Of a stretch of DNA of 64,000 nucleotides, positions 9,795-18,890 are shown piece after piece. Within the stretch, counting starts at the first letter, position 1; every line of letters begins with the position of its first letter. The notes beneath the pieces are model-generated. The model did not search any database, was not told the DNA's origin, and worked only from the letters and a program-made list of their open reading frames with translations. The position numbers were made by a program, and so were the translations under genes. The stretch lies in assembly GCA_019749805.1 (NCBI GenBank), contig JAIEPH010000021.1, positions 41,779 through 105,778 on the forward strand, in the 5' to 3' direction. Source of the stretch: Mycobacteriaceae bacterium. GTDB taxonomy: Bacteria; Actinomycetota; Actinomycetes; Mycobacteriales; Mycobacteriaceae.

Positions 9795-10639
9795 GCGCAC
9801 CCTTCGGCGGCGGAGTCGCCGTGATCACGGGCGCCGGTGCGGGCATTGGCGCCGGTTTGGCCCGCCATGCGGCCGAGCTCGGCATGACGGTGGTGCTGGC
9901 CGACATCGACGCCGACGCGGTTGCGGCGCTTCGAGACGAGCTCACCAGGGCGGGCATAGTCGCCATTGACGCAGTCTGCGATGTCCGCGATCCGGGGGCC
10001 GTATCGGCGCTCGCCGAGAGGGTGTACCGCGACGTCGGTCCGGTGCGGCTGCTTATCAACAACGCAGGCATCGAGCAGTTCGGATATCTCTGGGATACGC
10101 CCGTCGAGAACTGGAATCGACTGGTCGATATCAACATCAGCGGAGTCTTCCACGGTGTGCGAGCCTTCCTTCCGCTGATGATCGAGGCTGGGGAGCCTGC
10201 TTGGGTGTGGAACCTGTCGTCCATCGGTGGAGTCGCCGTCGTCCCGCTGCAGGCGCCCTACATCATGAGCAAGCACGCGGTGTTGGCGCTCACCGAGTGC
10301 CTACGGCTGGAGGTAGAACTGGCCGGCCACGAGCACATTCACGTCCAGGCGGTGCTGCCGGGGGCCGTCGTGTCGAACATCTTCGAGTCAGCGGGTGGGG
10401 TGACCGACGGCGACGTGGTAGCAGCCGAATCCCAGCGTGCGGCCATGCTCGACATCAAGGCCGATGCGATGGATCCGCGCGCCGCCGCCGAGGCGGTGTT
10501 CGAACAGGCCGCCGAAGGGCGGTTCTATCTTCTGACGCAGCCGGACTATGTCGGCTCGGCGATGGCTGAACGTGCCAATGTGCTTGCCTCTCAACAACCC
10601 CCGAAGTTGCGCACGCAACGCCGATTCGATCCCGCGTGA
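9791..10639 (+). CDS. SDR family oxidoreductase
   Basis: TGAGAGIG, NNAG and YIMSK. Confidence 0.93.
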   Translation: MSAPFGGGVAVITGAGAGIGAGLARHAAELGMTVVLADIDADAVAALRDELTRAGIVAIDAVCDVRDPGAVSALAERVYRDVGPVRLLINNAGIEQFGYLWDTPVENWNRLVDINISGVFHGVRAFLPLMIEAGEPAWVWNLSSIGGVAVVPLQAPYIMSKHAVLALTECLRLEVELAGHEHIHVQAVLPGAVVSNIFESAGGVTDGDVVAAESQRAAMLDIKADAMDPRAAAEAVFEQAAEGRFYLLTQPDYVGSAMAERANVLASQQPPKLRTQRRFDPA

Positions 10640-11577
10640 CCGCTCCGCAGCTCGATCCCGATGCAGCCGAGCGCGTCGCCTCGTTCGGTGAAATGCCGCC
10701 CATGCGTGAACGAGGTCTCGACGCGATCCGGGAGGCCATCGAAACCGCTCCGCTGCCCGAGACGATGCCTGAAATGGCGGCGGTCGACGATTGCGCCGCA
10801 CCGGCCCCCGCCGGGCCGGTGCCGCTGCGGATCTACCGACCCACCGCCGACGCCAATGCGCCGGTGTTGGTGTACTTCCACGGCGGCGGCATGGTGATGG
10901 GCTCCAATCACTCGTTCGAGCCGCTGGCGCGAACGCTTGCCGCCCAATCCAACGCCACCGTGGTGTCGGTGGACTACCGGCTCGCTCCAGAGTTCCCCGC
11001 ACCTGCTCAGTTCGACGATGCATTCAGGGCCACCGAATGGGTTGCGGAACACGCGCAGCAGATCGGTGCCGACGTCACACGACTGGCGGTCGTCGGCGAC
11101 AGCGCGGGTGGCTCGCTGGCCGCGGCGGTGGCGCTCGCGTCCCGCGACCGCGGTGGTCCCGCCATCTGCTGTCAAGTGCTGCTCTACCCGGGCCTCGACC
11201 GCGATATGGCCGTGGCGTCGATCGCCGCACTTGCAGATGCCCCGATGCTCAGCCGCGACGACATCGTCTACATGCACGAGCTCGCCGACGCCGGCGGCGC
11301 ACCGCACGACCAATTCCGGGTGCCGGCCTCTGCGACCGATTTGAGTGGCCTTCCGCCCGCCATCGTCGTCACCGCCGAATGCGACCCGATCCGCGACTGG
11401 GGTGAGCGCTACGCATTACGCCTGCGGGATGCGGGGGTTCAAACCACCCTCACGCGCTATCCGGGCGCCTACCACGGTTTCCTCATGCGATCGGATGCCA
11501 CCGCCCGCGGAAGGCTGGCGATCGCGGAAGTCGGCGGACTTTTGCGCGCGAAATTCGCTCATCCGCTGCTTTTCTGA
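10636..11577 (+). CDS. Alpha/beta hydrolase (HSL/family IV esterase)
   Basis: HGGG, GDSAGG, DPIRD and HGF. Confidence 0.92.
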   Translation: MTAPQLDPDAAERVASFGEMPPMRERGLDAIREAIETAPLPETMPEMAAVDDCAAPAPAGPVPLRIYRPTADANAPVLVYFHGGGMVMGSNHSFEPLARTLAAQSNATVVSVDYRLAPEFPAPAQFDDAFRATEWVAEHAQQIGADVTRLAVVGDSAGGSLAAAVALASRDRGGPAICCQVLLYPGLDRDMAVASIAALADAPMLSRDDIVYMHELADAGGAPHDQFRVPASATDLSGLPPAIVVTAECDPIRDWGERYALRLRDAGVQTTLTRYPGAYHGFLMRSDATARGRLAIAEVGGLLRAKFAHPLLF

Positions 11578-11672
11578 GCACTCGGAACGGGTCTCCCGAT
11601 CACCGGACATCCGGCAGTTCGACAACCGGATCAAGCCACAGAATCAGATCAACCGAGAAAACAGGAGACGAG

Positions 11673-12749
11673 ATGCTCACCGATCAGCGACGTTTGGAGC
11701 TGTCCGACGTTCTGCGCCCTGCCGCGAAGCCGATTGAGATCGACGGCGTCTACACCGACGATCAACGCGACCGACTGCTCGACGTCGTCCGCACCCAGGG
11801 ACCGTGGAAGTTGATCATCGCTCAGCATTTCGCGTCGGCCGATGAGCTGATGGCGACGATGAGCGGCGCATTCCCCGAGGGCTTCACCCCCTCGCTGGAT
11901 CTCTTCCTGACGCCCACCTTCCGTGGCTATCTCGCAAACTATGGAGCGGTGCTTCACCCCGAACTGCACGACTGCTTCTACAACGAGAAGTTTCTCCAGA
12001 TGGCGAAGCGCTACTGGGACGCCGAATACGCGAAGCCTGAATTGATGTTGTTCAACATCAACGGGCCCTGCGCCAACCGCGACCCGGGTCATCTGGATTC
12101 TCCGAGCTTCCGCGGCATCCGCCACGAGAATGCACCAACCTGGCTGTGCAGCGTGATGGGAAAGTCAGGTCTGTTCACCGACTATCTGATCAAGATGGCC
12201 CAGGTGATCACGTGGTTCTCGCTCGATGAGGGCAGCGGATTCACGTACTGGCCAGACGGTCCCCTCAAGGCGCCGCAGCGCCTGTTGCCCCCCGTTTACA
12301 ACCGCGGCGTGGTGGTGCAGAACGAGATGATGGTCCACCGCGGGGAAGCCAACGGCCCACTCGACCAGCAGACTCCCGCGGACCTGACTTTCGACACGGT
12401 GTTCACCGGTGATCCCGCGGACCGCGACCTGTGGCTGCTCAAGAACGGCGACGACGTGATCGCCCGCCACCACACCGATGAACTGCGCTTCCTGGTGCAC
12501 TGGTCGGCCGAAGTGTTCTCCGACTACGACGAACTCAAGAAGAACATGGACGGTTCGGACGATCTGACCGCCGACAAGGCCATCGACATGATGGTCGACG
12601 ACTTGAGCCGCAAGGGTGTCAAGCTCGACATTCCCAGCGAGCCGATGCACGATCCGGGCTTCATCGGCGCGCTCAACGCGGCCTACGACCTGGGCGGACC
12701 GGCGGCATATCCAGAGGAGGCGCCGATCAGCGCCTTCCAACTGACCTGA
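11673..12749 (+). CDS. Hypothetical protein with a putative Fe(II)/2-oxoglutarate dioxygenase-like HxD...H signature
   Basis: 358-aa ORF with strong GC3 bias and RBS aggag. The CDS itself is well supported; the fold call is inference from GHLD, QVITWF, GSGFTYWPDG and NRGVVVQNEMMVHRG. Confidence 0.8.
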   Translation: MLTDQRRLELSDVLRPAAKPIEIDGVYTDDQRDRLLDVVRTQGPWKLIIAQHFASADELMATMSGAFPEGFTPSLDLFLTPTFRGYLANYGAVLHPELHDCFYNEKFLQMAKRYWDAEYAKPELMLFNINGPCANRDPGHLDSPSFRGIRHENAPTWLCSVMGKSGLFTDYLIKMAQVITWFSLDEGSGFTYWPDGPLKAPQRLLPPVYNRGVVVQNEMMVHRGEANGPLDQQTPADLTFDTVFTGDPADRDLWLLKNGDDVIARHHTDELRFLVHWSAEVFSDYDELKKNMDGSDDLTADKAIDMMVDDLSRKGVKLDIPSEPMHDPGFIGALNAAYDLGGPAAYPEEAPISAFQLT

Positions 12750-12761
12750 TAGCCGCGACCT

Positions 12762-13193
12762 ATGGAATGCGAGTGCGTCGAGCGTCAACAGATCATCGAT
12801 GTTCTCAATAGGTACGCGACGTGTCTCGACACACGAGACTGGTTGGGCCTGAATGACGTATTTCATCCGCGGGCCGTGGGCATCTACGCTGTCACGCGCA
12901 ACGGGCGCGCGGAGATTGTGGATTCCATCCGCAGTTTCCTCGGCGGTTGCGGGCCATCGCAACACCTCCTCGGCAACTACCAGATCGCGATCGACGGCGA
13001 CGAAGCGCAATCCTCGACCAAGGCTCGGGTGCTGCACGTCGGGGCCGGAGATCGCGCACACCTGACCCCGTACGAGGCGATCGGCGTCTACCGCGATCGT
13101 CATCTGCGTACAACCGACGGATGGCGAATCATTCACCGTCACTTCGACGTCCATATCACGATCGGTGACATCAACGTCCTCCGCCCGGGCTGA
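12762..13193 (+). CDS. NTF2-like SnoaL_4 protein (BaiE/LinA/scytalone dehydratase-like)
   Basis: 'IIDVLNRYATCLDTRDW', 'SQHLLGN' and 'GWRIIHR'. Confidence 0.8.
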   Translation: MECECVERQQIIDVLNRYATCLDTRDWLGLNDVFHPRAVGIYAVTRNGRAEIVDSIRSFLGGCGPSQHLLGNYQIAIDGDEAQSSTKARVLHVGAGDRAHLTPYEAIGVYRDRHLRTTDGWRIIHRHFDVHITIGDINVLRPG

Positions 13194-13206
13194 AGGGAAC
13201 GAATTC

Positions 13207-13989
13207 ATGCAGAGGTTCGACGACCGAAGGATCATCGTCACCGGAGCCGGCTCAGGAATCGGACAGGCGACCGTCACCCGTCTGCTCGACGAGGGCGGCA
13301 CCGTCGTGGCCTTCGACGTGTCCATCGAAGGTCTTGCGGCGACCGCGGCTGCTGCAGAAGAGGCCGGCACGGGTAAGCGGCTGACGACCGCCGTGCTGGA
13401 CATCTCGGACGAGGTTGCGGTGGGTACCGAGGTGGCAACGGCGATCAACACGCTCAACGGGCTGGATGTGCTCGTCAACGCCGCGGCCATTCAGCTCTGT
13501 GCAAACACCCACGAACACACCCTTCACGATTGGAACACCACGCTGGCGATCAACCTGACGGGCACGTTCTTGATGACGCGGGCTTCGCTGCCCGCGCTCA
13601 TCGACTCGGGCCGCGGAGTGGTGATCAACTTCACCTCCACCGCAGCGACTTTCGCGCATCCGTACATGGCCGCGTACGCCGCGAGCAAGGGCGGCGTCCT
13701 GGCGCTCACGCACTCCTTGGCGCTGGAGTACTCAAAACAGGGGCTTCGGGCGGTCAACATCCAGCCAGGTGGGGTGTCGACGGCGTTGGCCAACAGCACC
13801 CTCGACAAGATGCCCGAAGGATATGACCTCGGTCTGTGGGCAAAACAGACTCCGCTGCTGCACGGTGAGGAAAGCGAAATCCTCGGCGACCCCAGTGCCG
13901 TCGCGGCCGTGATTGCCATGGTGGCGTCCGACGATGGCCGGTTCATCACCGGCACCGAAATCCGAGTCGACGGCGGTGCGCACGCCTGA
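13207..13989 (+). CDS. SDR family oxidoreductase
   Basis: TGAGSGIG, YAASK and ITGTEIRVDGG. ATG at 13207 follows the RBS gaaggga. Confidence 0.93.
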   Translation: MQRFDDRRIIVTGAGSGIGQATVTRLLDEGGTVVAFDVSIEGLAATAAAAEEAGTGKRLTTAVLDISDEVAVGTEVATAINTLNGLDVLVNAAAIQLCANTHEHTLHDWNTTLAINLTGTFLMTRASLPALIDSGRGVVINFTSTAATFAHPYMAAYAASKGGVLALTHSLALEYSKQGLRAVNIQPGGVSTALANSTLDKMPEGYDLGLWAKQTPLLHGEESEILGDPSAVAAVIAMVASDDGRFITGTEIRVDGGAHA

Positions 13990-13992
13990 GGC

Positions 13993-14799
13993 TCAGCGCA
14001 CCACCACTGAACTGGGCTCGCGCGGCGCACCCATCATGTCGCGGTGCGACGGCGGCTGCCTGCCGTCCTCGTCGGTGATGCCGTAGCGCTGCGCGATCTC
14101 CGCGCCGATCACCGTACGGCCGGACAGCTCGGCGAGGTCGGGATCGCGATACAGCGCGTCGATCACATGCCCGGTGAATTCGGGAGTTTCGGCGTGCTCG
14201 GCCGTCTTCGCCAGCGCCTCGGGATGGCCGTCAAACGCGGCACGGAGGCGCTCGGTGAGCAGGATGCCCATCCAGATCGACACCGTGACCACCCCGGTGT
14301 CGCGGAAGTCGACCGCCATGTCGGCGGCCATCTTGTCGACGCCGGCCTTCTGGGCGCCGTAGGCCGGACCGTGCATGTAGCACACCGACCCCGGCGACGA
14401 GGTGAATGCGATCAGACCTCGGCCCCGGCGCACCAGCAGCGGCGCGGCATGCCACGACGCGACGTACGCCGACCGCAGCCCGACGTCAAGAACATCGGCG
14501 AGTTCGAGTGCCTTCTCCCAGAACGGCTTTGGATTGACCAGCTCGTCGGATATGGCTGCGGCGTTGTTCACCAAAAGGTCCAACCCGCCGTTTTCCTCTT
14601 CCACGCGCTTGAACAACTGGGCTACCGCGTCGTCGTCGCGGTGGTCGACCTTCACGGCGATACCGCCGTCACCCGGGTCGCGCACGGTCCTGCCGGTCAG
14701 ATACACCCGCCACCCGTCAGCGACGAGCGCGGCCGCGATGCCACGTCCCGCGCCGCGGCTGGCACCCGTCACGACCGCCACCGGTGGAATGTCTTTCAC
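13993..14799 (-). CDS. SDR family oxidoreductase (DHRS1-like)
   Basis: TGASRGAG, VNNA and YGAQK. Confidence 0.9.
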   Translation of the reverse strand: MKDIPPVAVVTGASRGAGRGIAAALVADGWRVYLTGRTVRDPGDGGIAVKVDHRDDDAVAQLFKRVEEENGGLDLLVNNAAAISDELVNPKPFWEKALELADVLDVGLRSAYVASWHAAPLLVRRGRGLIAFTSSPGSVCYMHGPAYGAQKAGVDKMAADMAVDFRDTGVVTVSIWMGILLTERLRAAFDGHPEALAKTAEHAETPEFTGHVIDALYRDPDLAELSGRTVIGAEIAQRYGITDEDGRQPPSHRDMMGAPREPSSVVVR

Positions 14800-14809
14800 A
14801 GGATCGAAG

Positions 14810-15100
14810 TTACGTGCTCACCCGTGCTGATTCATCGACCACCGGCAGATCGCCGGTGCGGACCGCGTCGATGATGGAGCCGTTCAGCGCTGAGCAGGCC
14901 AGGAACAGGCCGCGCTCCGCATGCTCGGTCAAGTGCTCGGCGTCGCGGCGTTCCAGACAGCGGGCGGAGGCGTCGGCATTCCACTGCACGCTGGTTTGAT
15001 TCCAGCTGCTCTTTCGCGCCTGCACGCACGCACCGCAACGGCGGCAGCCCACCGACACCATCGGAGCGTCGGCGAGTCGGTTGTCGGGCCGAACGGCCAT
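14810..15100 (-). CDS. Small Cys-rich protein coupled to kshA (family often auto-annotated 'ferredoxin')
   Basis: 96 aa, MAVRPDNRL...CRRCGAC...RC...AC. Its ATG shares one base with the kshA stop (TGATG). Confidence 0.7.
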   Translation of the reverse strand: MAVRPDNRLADAPMVSVGCRRCGACVQARKSSWNQTSVQWNADASARCLERRDAEHLTEHAERGLFLACSALNGSIIDAVRTGDLPVVDESARVST

Positions 15101-16281
15101 CAGACGCTTCCCGACCTCGCCGCTTGAGAGCTGATGTTCTCGTCGACGACCTTCATCCACTCCTCGTACGGGCTGGTGGTGTCGAGTTCGTATTCGAAGC
15201 GGTCCACCATGTCAGGCTCGACATCGGCGGCATCGACGTAGAACTGCTCGTACCACCGGCGCAACTGGTAGACGGGTCCGTCCTCCTCGCACAGCAGCGG
15301 ATTGTCGATGCGGGCCTTGTTCTTCCAGATCTCGACATCCTGCTCGAAACCCACCTTGACCCAATCGCCTAGCGCGATCGCCGCTTGCAGCGCCGCATCG
15401 CCGGGCAGCGCCTCCGACTTCTTGACGATGATGCCGTACTGCAGCACAAAGGAATTGGCGTCGATCGGGTAATGGCAGTTGATCAGAACCGTGTTCTGAT
15501 CGTCGTTCTCGAAGTGGTAGGTCAGGTCGTCGATCATGAACGACGGGCCGAAGTACGAGGCCACCGAGGTGGTACCGAGCAGCCGAGGCTGTCCCTCGGG
15601 ATTGGGGATGTCACCGCGCGAGCCACCGTTCATGTACTGCGTGGCGACGTGGCCCTCGAAGATGTTCTTGAAGTGCGTCGGCAGCGAACCGTGAATGTAG
15701 AAGAAGTGCGCCATGTCGACGACGTTGTCGATGATCTCGCGGCAGTTGGTGTTGACGACGGTGGTGTACCAATGCCAGTCGGTCCACTCGTCACTCGTCG
15801 CTCCCTCGATCCGAGGTATGGCGACCTCGTCGGGCGGCGGATTCTTCTCGGGGTCGTTCCAGACGAACAGCATGCCGTCCTGTTCGAGGGTGGTCCACGT
15901 CGCGGTGCGGGCCAGCCGCGGCGTCCGCTTGCTGTAGGGCACCTTCTTGCATCGGCCGTCGCCGCCCCATCGCCAGTCGTGGAACGGGCAGGCGATCTCG
16001 TCGCCCTTCACGGTGCCCTGGCTGAGGTCCCCGCCCATGTGACGGCAGTAGCCGTCGAGCACGTTGATCTTGCCGTCGCCGCTGCGGAACACCACCAGCT
16101 TCTGGCCGAAGGCGCTCACCGAATGCGGCTCGCCGTCGCCGAAGTCCCTGGTCAACCCCAGGCAGTGCCATCCGCGCGCGAACCTGGTCGGTGCTGCTGC
16201 TGCTTCGATCTGCCGAATCTCGTCGGTCTGATCGTCGGCTCGGCCGACGGTGGCTTCTGCGGTCCCTGGCTGCGACGTCAT
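15100..16281 (-). CDS. kshA: 3-ketosteroid 9alpha-hydroxylase oxygenase subunit (Rieske)
   Basis: RFARGWHCLG, Rieske CRHMGGDL...CPFHDW, mononuclear Fe motif DNVVDMAHFFYIH, and QDVEIWKNK. Start MTSQPG inferred. Confidence 0.95.
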   Translation of the reverse strand: MTSQPGTAEATVGRADDQTDEIRQIEAAAAPTRFARGWHCLGLTRDFGDGEPHSVSAFGQKLVVFRSGDGKINVLDGYCRHMGGDLSQGTVKGDEIACPFHDWRWGGDGRCKKVPYSKRTPRLARTATWTTLEQDGMLFVWNDPEKNPPPDEVAIPRIEGATSDEWTDWHWYTTVVNTNCREIIDNVVDMAHFFYIHGSLPTHFKNIFEGHVATQYMNGGSRGDIPNPEGQPRLLGTTSVASYFGPSFMIDDLTYHFENDDQNTVLINCHYPIDANSFVLQYGIIVKKSEALPGDAALQAAIALGDWVKVGFEQDVEIWKNKARIDNPLLCEEDGPVYQLRRWYEQFYVDAADVEPDMVDRFEYELDTTSPYEEWMKVVDENISSQAARSGSV

Positions 16282-16321
16282 AACCTCGTTGTACGCCCGC
16301 GACACGGCCTGTGGAGCCAAT

Positions 16322-16336
16322 CGTCCCGCTGGGAGG
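16322..16336. promoter_or_regulatory. Candidate operator, copy 2 (divergent kshA / kstD promoter)
   Basis: The reverse strand reads cctcccagcgggacg. Confidence 0.45.
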
Positions 16337-16381
16337 GAAAATCCTCCGCAGCCGCGATCCCCCCGACCTACTGTTGAAGCC

Positions 16382-18097
16382 GTGACGACTGCTGCGCCCA
16401 CCACCGTTCCCGCCGGGATGCCCCTGCGCGATACGACCGTCGATCTGCTCGTCGTGGGATCGGGCACCGGCATGGCTGCCGCGCTGGCGGCCGCCGAGCG
16501 CGGTCTGAAAGTGCTAATCGTCGAGAAATCGCCGTACGTCGGCGGTTCCACCGCACGGTCCGGCGGAGCCCTGTGGATTCCCGCGACGCAGGTGCTCGAG
16601 GAGAACGGCGCCGGCGACACCGCGCAAAAGGCGCGGACCTACCTCGATTCGGTGGTCGCAGGGACCGCTCCGCCGCAACGGTCGGCGGAGTTCGTCACCC
16701 AGCTTGCGGCGACGGTCGAGATGCTGCGCCGCACCACACCGATGCGGTTCACATGGGCGCGCGACTATTCCGATTACCACCCAGAGCATCCCGGGGGAAG
16801 CGCCGACGGGCGGACGTGTGAATGCAGGCCGTTCAATGCATCGCTACTCGGCCAGTACCGGTCGCTGCTGCGCCCGGGATTGATGGAGCCGAAGATCCCG
16901 ATGCCCACCACAAGTGCGGACTATCGCTGGATGAACCTGATGGCACGCGTACCACGAAAAGGCTTGCCGCTCATCGTCAAACGATTGGCCCAGGGCTTAG
17001 GCGGCCTGATGCTCGGCCGGCGCTACACCGCCGGCGGACAGGCGCTGGCCGCAGGCTTGTTCGCGGGCGTCCTGCGCGCGGGCATCGGCGTGTGGACGCA
17101 GACCGCGCTGGTGCGGCTGATCACCGACGGCGACAGGGTCACCGGCGCCGTCGTCGCACACGACGGACGCGAGGTCACCGTCGAAGCACGACGCGGCGTC
17201 GTGCTGGCCGCGGGCGGCTTCGACCACAACATGGACATGCGGTGGAAGTTCCAGTCCGAGTCACTCGGCGAGCACACCAGCCTCGGCGCAGAAACCAACA
17301 CCGGCGACGCGATCCGCATCGCCCAAGATGCCGGTGCCGGAATCGACTTGATGGATCAGGCCTGGTGGTTCCCCGCGGTGGCGCCGCTGCCGGGGGCGGA
17401 TCCGCTGGTGATGCTCGCCGAACGATCGCTGCCGGGCTCGCTGATCGTCGACCAGACGGGGCAGCGGTTCACCAATGAGGCCAGCGATTACATGTCCTTC
17501 GGCCAGTGTGTGCTCGCGCGCGAGCGTGCCGGTAACCCCGTCGAGTCCATGTGGATCGTCTTCGACCAGCAGTACCGCAACAGTTACGTCTTTGCCGCGG
17601 ACCGTTTTCCGCGGATGAGCCTGCCGCGGGCGTGGTACGACGCGGGCATCGCGCATCGGTCCGAGGATTTCGCTGAGCTCGGGCGGATGATGAAGGTGCC
17701 CGAGGCGCAGTTCGTCGCCACGGTCTCCCGATTCAACGAGATGTCGCGCGCTGGAGACGATTCCGACTACGGCCGCGGACGTAGCGCGTACGACCGCTAC
17801 TACGGCGATCCCACCATCACCCCGAACCCGAATCTGCGCCCGCTCGACCACGCCCCGTTCTATGCGGTCAAGATGGCGCTCAGCGACCTCGGTACGTGCG
17901 GCGGTCTGCGCGCCGACGAGCGCGCCCGGGTGCTGCGCGAAGATGGTACCGCCATCGGAGGGCTGTATGCGATCGGCAACACCGCCGCGAATGCGTTCGG
18001 AGCCACCTACCCCGGTGCGGGTGCGACGATCGCGCAGGGTCTGGTGTACGGATACATTGCCGCCCTGGACGCCGCCCTGGACGCCGCCGCGACGTGA
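16382..18097 (+). CDS. kstD: 3-ketosteroid Delta1-dehydrogenase
   Basis: DLLVVGSGTG, GGSTARSGGALWIP, YDRYYGDPT, DLGTCGGL and TYPGAGATI. GTG start at 16382 inferred. Confidence 0.92.
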   Translation: MTTAAPTTVPAGMPLRDTTVDLLVVGSGTGMAAALAAAERGLKVLIVEKSPYVGGSTARSGGALWIPATQVLEENGAGDTAQKARTYLDSVVAGTAPPQRSAEFVTQLAATVEMLRRTTPMRFTWARDYSDYHPEHPGGSADGRTCECRPFNASLLGQYRSLLRPGLMEPKIPMPTTSADYRWMNLMARVPRKGLPLIVKRLAQGLGGLMLGRRYTAGGQALAAGLFAGVLRAGIGVWTQTALVRLITDGDRVTGAVVAHDGREVTVEARRGVVLAAGGFDHNMDMRWKFQSESLGEHTSLGAETNTGDAIRIAQDAGAGIDLMDQAWWFPAVAPLPGADPLVMLAERSLPGSLIVDQTGQRFTNEASDYMSFGQCVLARERAGNPVESMWIVFDQQYRNSYVFAADRFPRMSLPRAWYDAGIAHRSEDFAELGRMMKVPEAQFVATVSRFNEMSRAGDDSDYGRGRSAYDRYYGDPTITPNPNLRPLDHAPFYAVKMALSDLGTCGGLRADERARVLREDGTAIGGLYAIGNTAANAFGATYPGAGATIAQGLVYGYIAALDAALDAAAT

Positions 18098-18769
18098 TCA
18101 CGCGTCGTCGGCGTCGGCCTTCTTCTCGATCTCGTACCAGTAATCCGGTGCAGGCCAAGGGACTTTCGTTCGTCCGCCGTCGCCGACGCGCGGGAACTCG
18201 GCTTCGGCCTCATCGAGTTCTTTGATCATCTTCAGCGTCAGCTCGCGCTCGTTCGCGTAGTAGCGCTCAGCCCAGTTCAGCGCAACGCGCGCATAGGCCC
18301 ACGTGGTGTCGGCTTTAGCCCACTTCGCGTCTTTGGCTGCGCTCCGGTACATCTCGTCAACCCAGGCGAGGTGCTCCTGCAGGATCTCCTTGAGCCGTGC
18401 GGGGTTCGTGAGATGCCCCAGCGTCACTCGCAGCAGAGGAGAGTGCTTGAGAACAGGCGGGTCGAGCGGCGCATCGTTCGCCCACCGCGTGACCGCATCC
18501 AGGCCGGCCTCGGTGATCTTGTACAACCTTCGGCTGCGAGCACCGCTGCTGTTGTCGAACCGCGACGTCACCAGGCCGAGCTGCTCGAGCTTCTTGAGTT
18601 CTGAGTAGATCTGGCTGTAGGCGGGGCTTCCGTAGAAGAAGCGCATACTCCAGTCGATCCACTTTCGGATGTCGTAGCCCGACAACTCGTATTCGTACGA
18701 AAGCATGCCGAGGAGCGCCCAGCTGGTAGCCGCGAGATTCGGCTTGCCCGGCAGATCGCTTCCTTCCAC
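18098..18769 (-). CDS. PadR family transcriptional regulator
   Basis: 'ALLGML...SGYDI...SQIYSELKKLEQLGLV...RRLYKITEAG'. GTG start at 18769 inferred. Confidence 0.92.
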   Translation of the reverse strand: MEGSDLPGKPNLAATSWALLGMLSYEYELSGYDIRKWIDWSMRFFYGSPAYSQIYSELKKLEQLGLVTSRFDNSSGARSRRLYKITEAGLDAVTRWANDAPLDPPVLKHSPLLRVTLGHLTNPARLKEILQEHLAWVDEMYRSAAKDAKWAKADTTWAYARVALNWAERYYANERELTLKMIKELDEAEAEFPRVGDGGRTKVPWPAPDYWYEIEKKADADDA

Positions 18770-18814
18770 GTTTTTCAGACTAACAACACAGGTCACAGGC
18801 TCTAGTCGAACTCA

Positions 18815-18829
18815 CCACTGGGCGGGACA
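18815..18829. promoter_or_regulatory. Candidate operator, copy 3 (divergent padR / thioesterase promoter)
   Basis: ccactgggcgggaca. Confidence 0.45.
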
Positions 18830-18890
18830 TTCCGTTGCGGACCGCTTGTCTTGCGGCCAAGGTGAATGGACACCCGATCGAAGGAGTCCG

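Noticed and set aside
14810-15100. Calling the kshA-coupled protein a ferredoxin
   Set aside because: It has no canonical [4Fe-4S] or [2Fe-2S] Cys spacing, so it is kept as an unknown Cys-rich protein.
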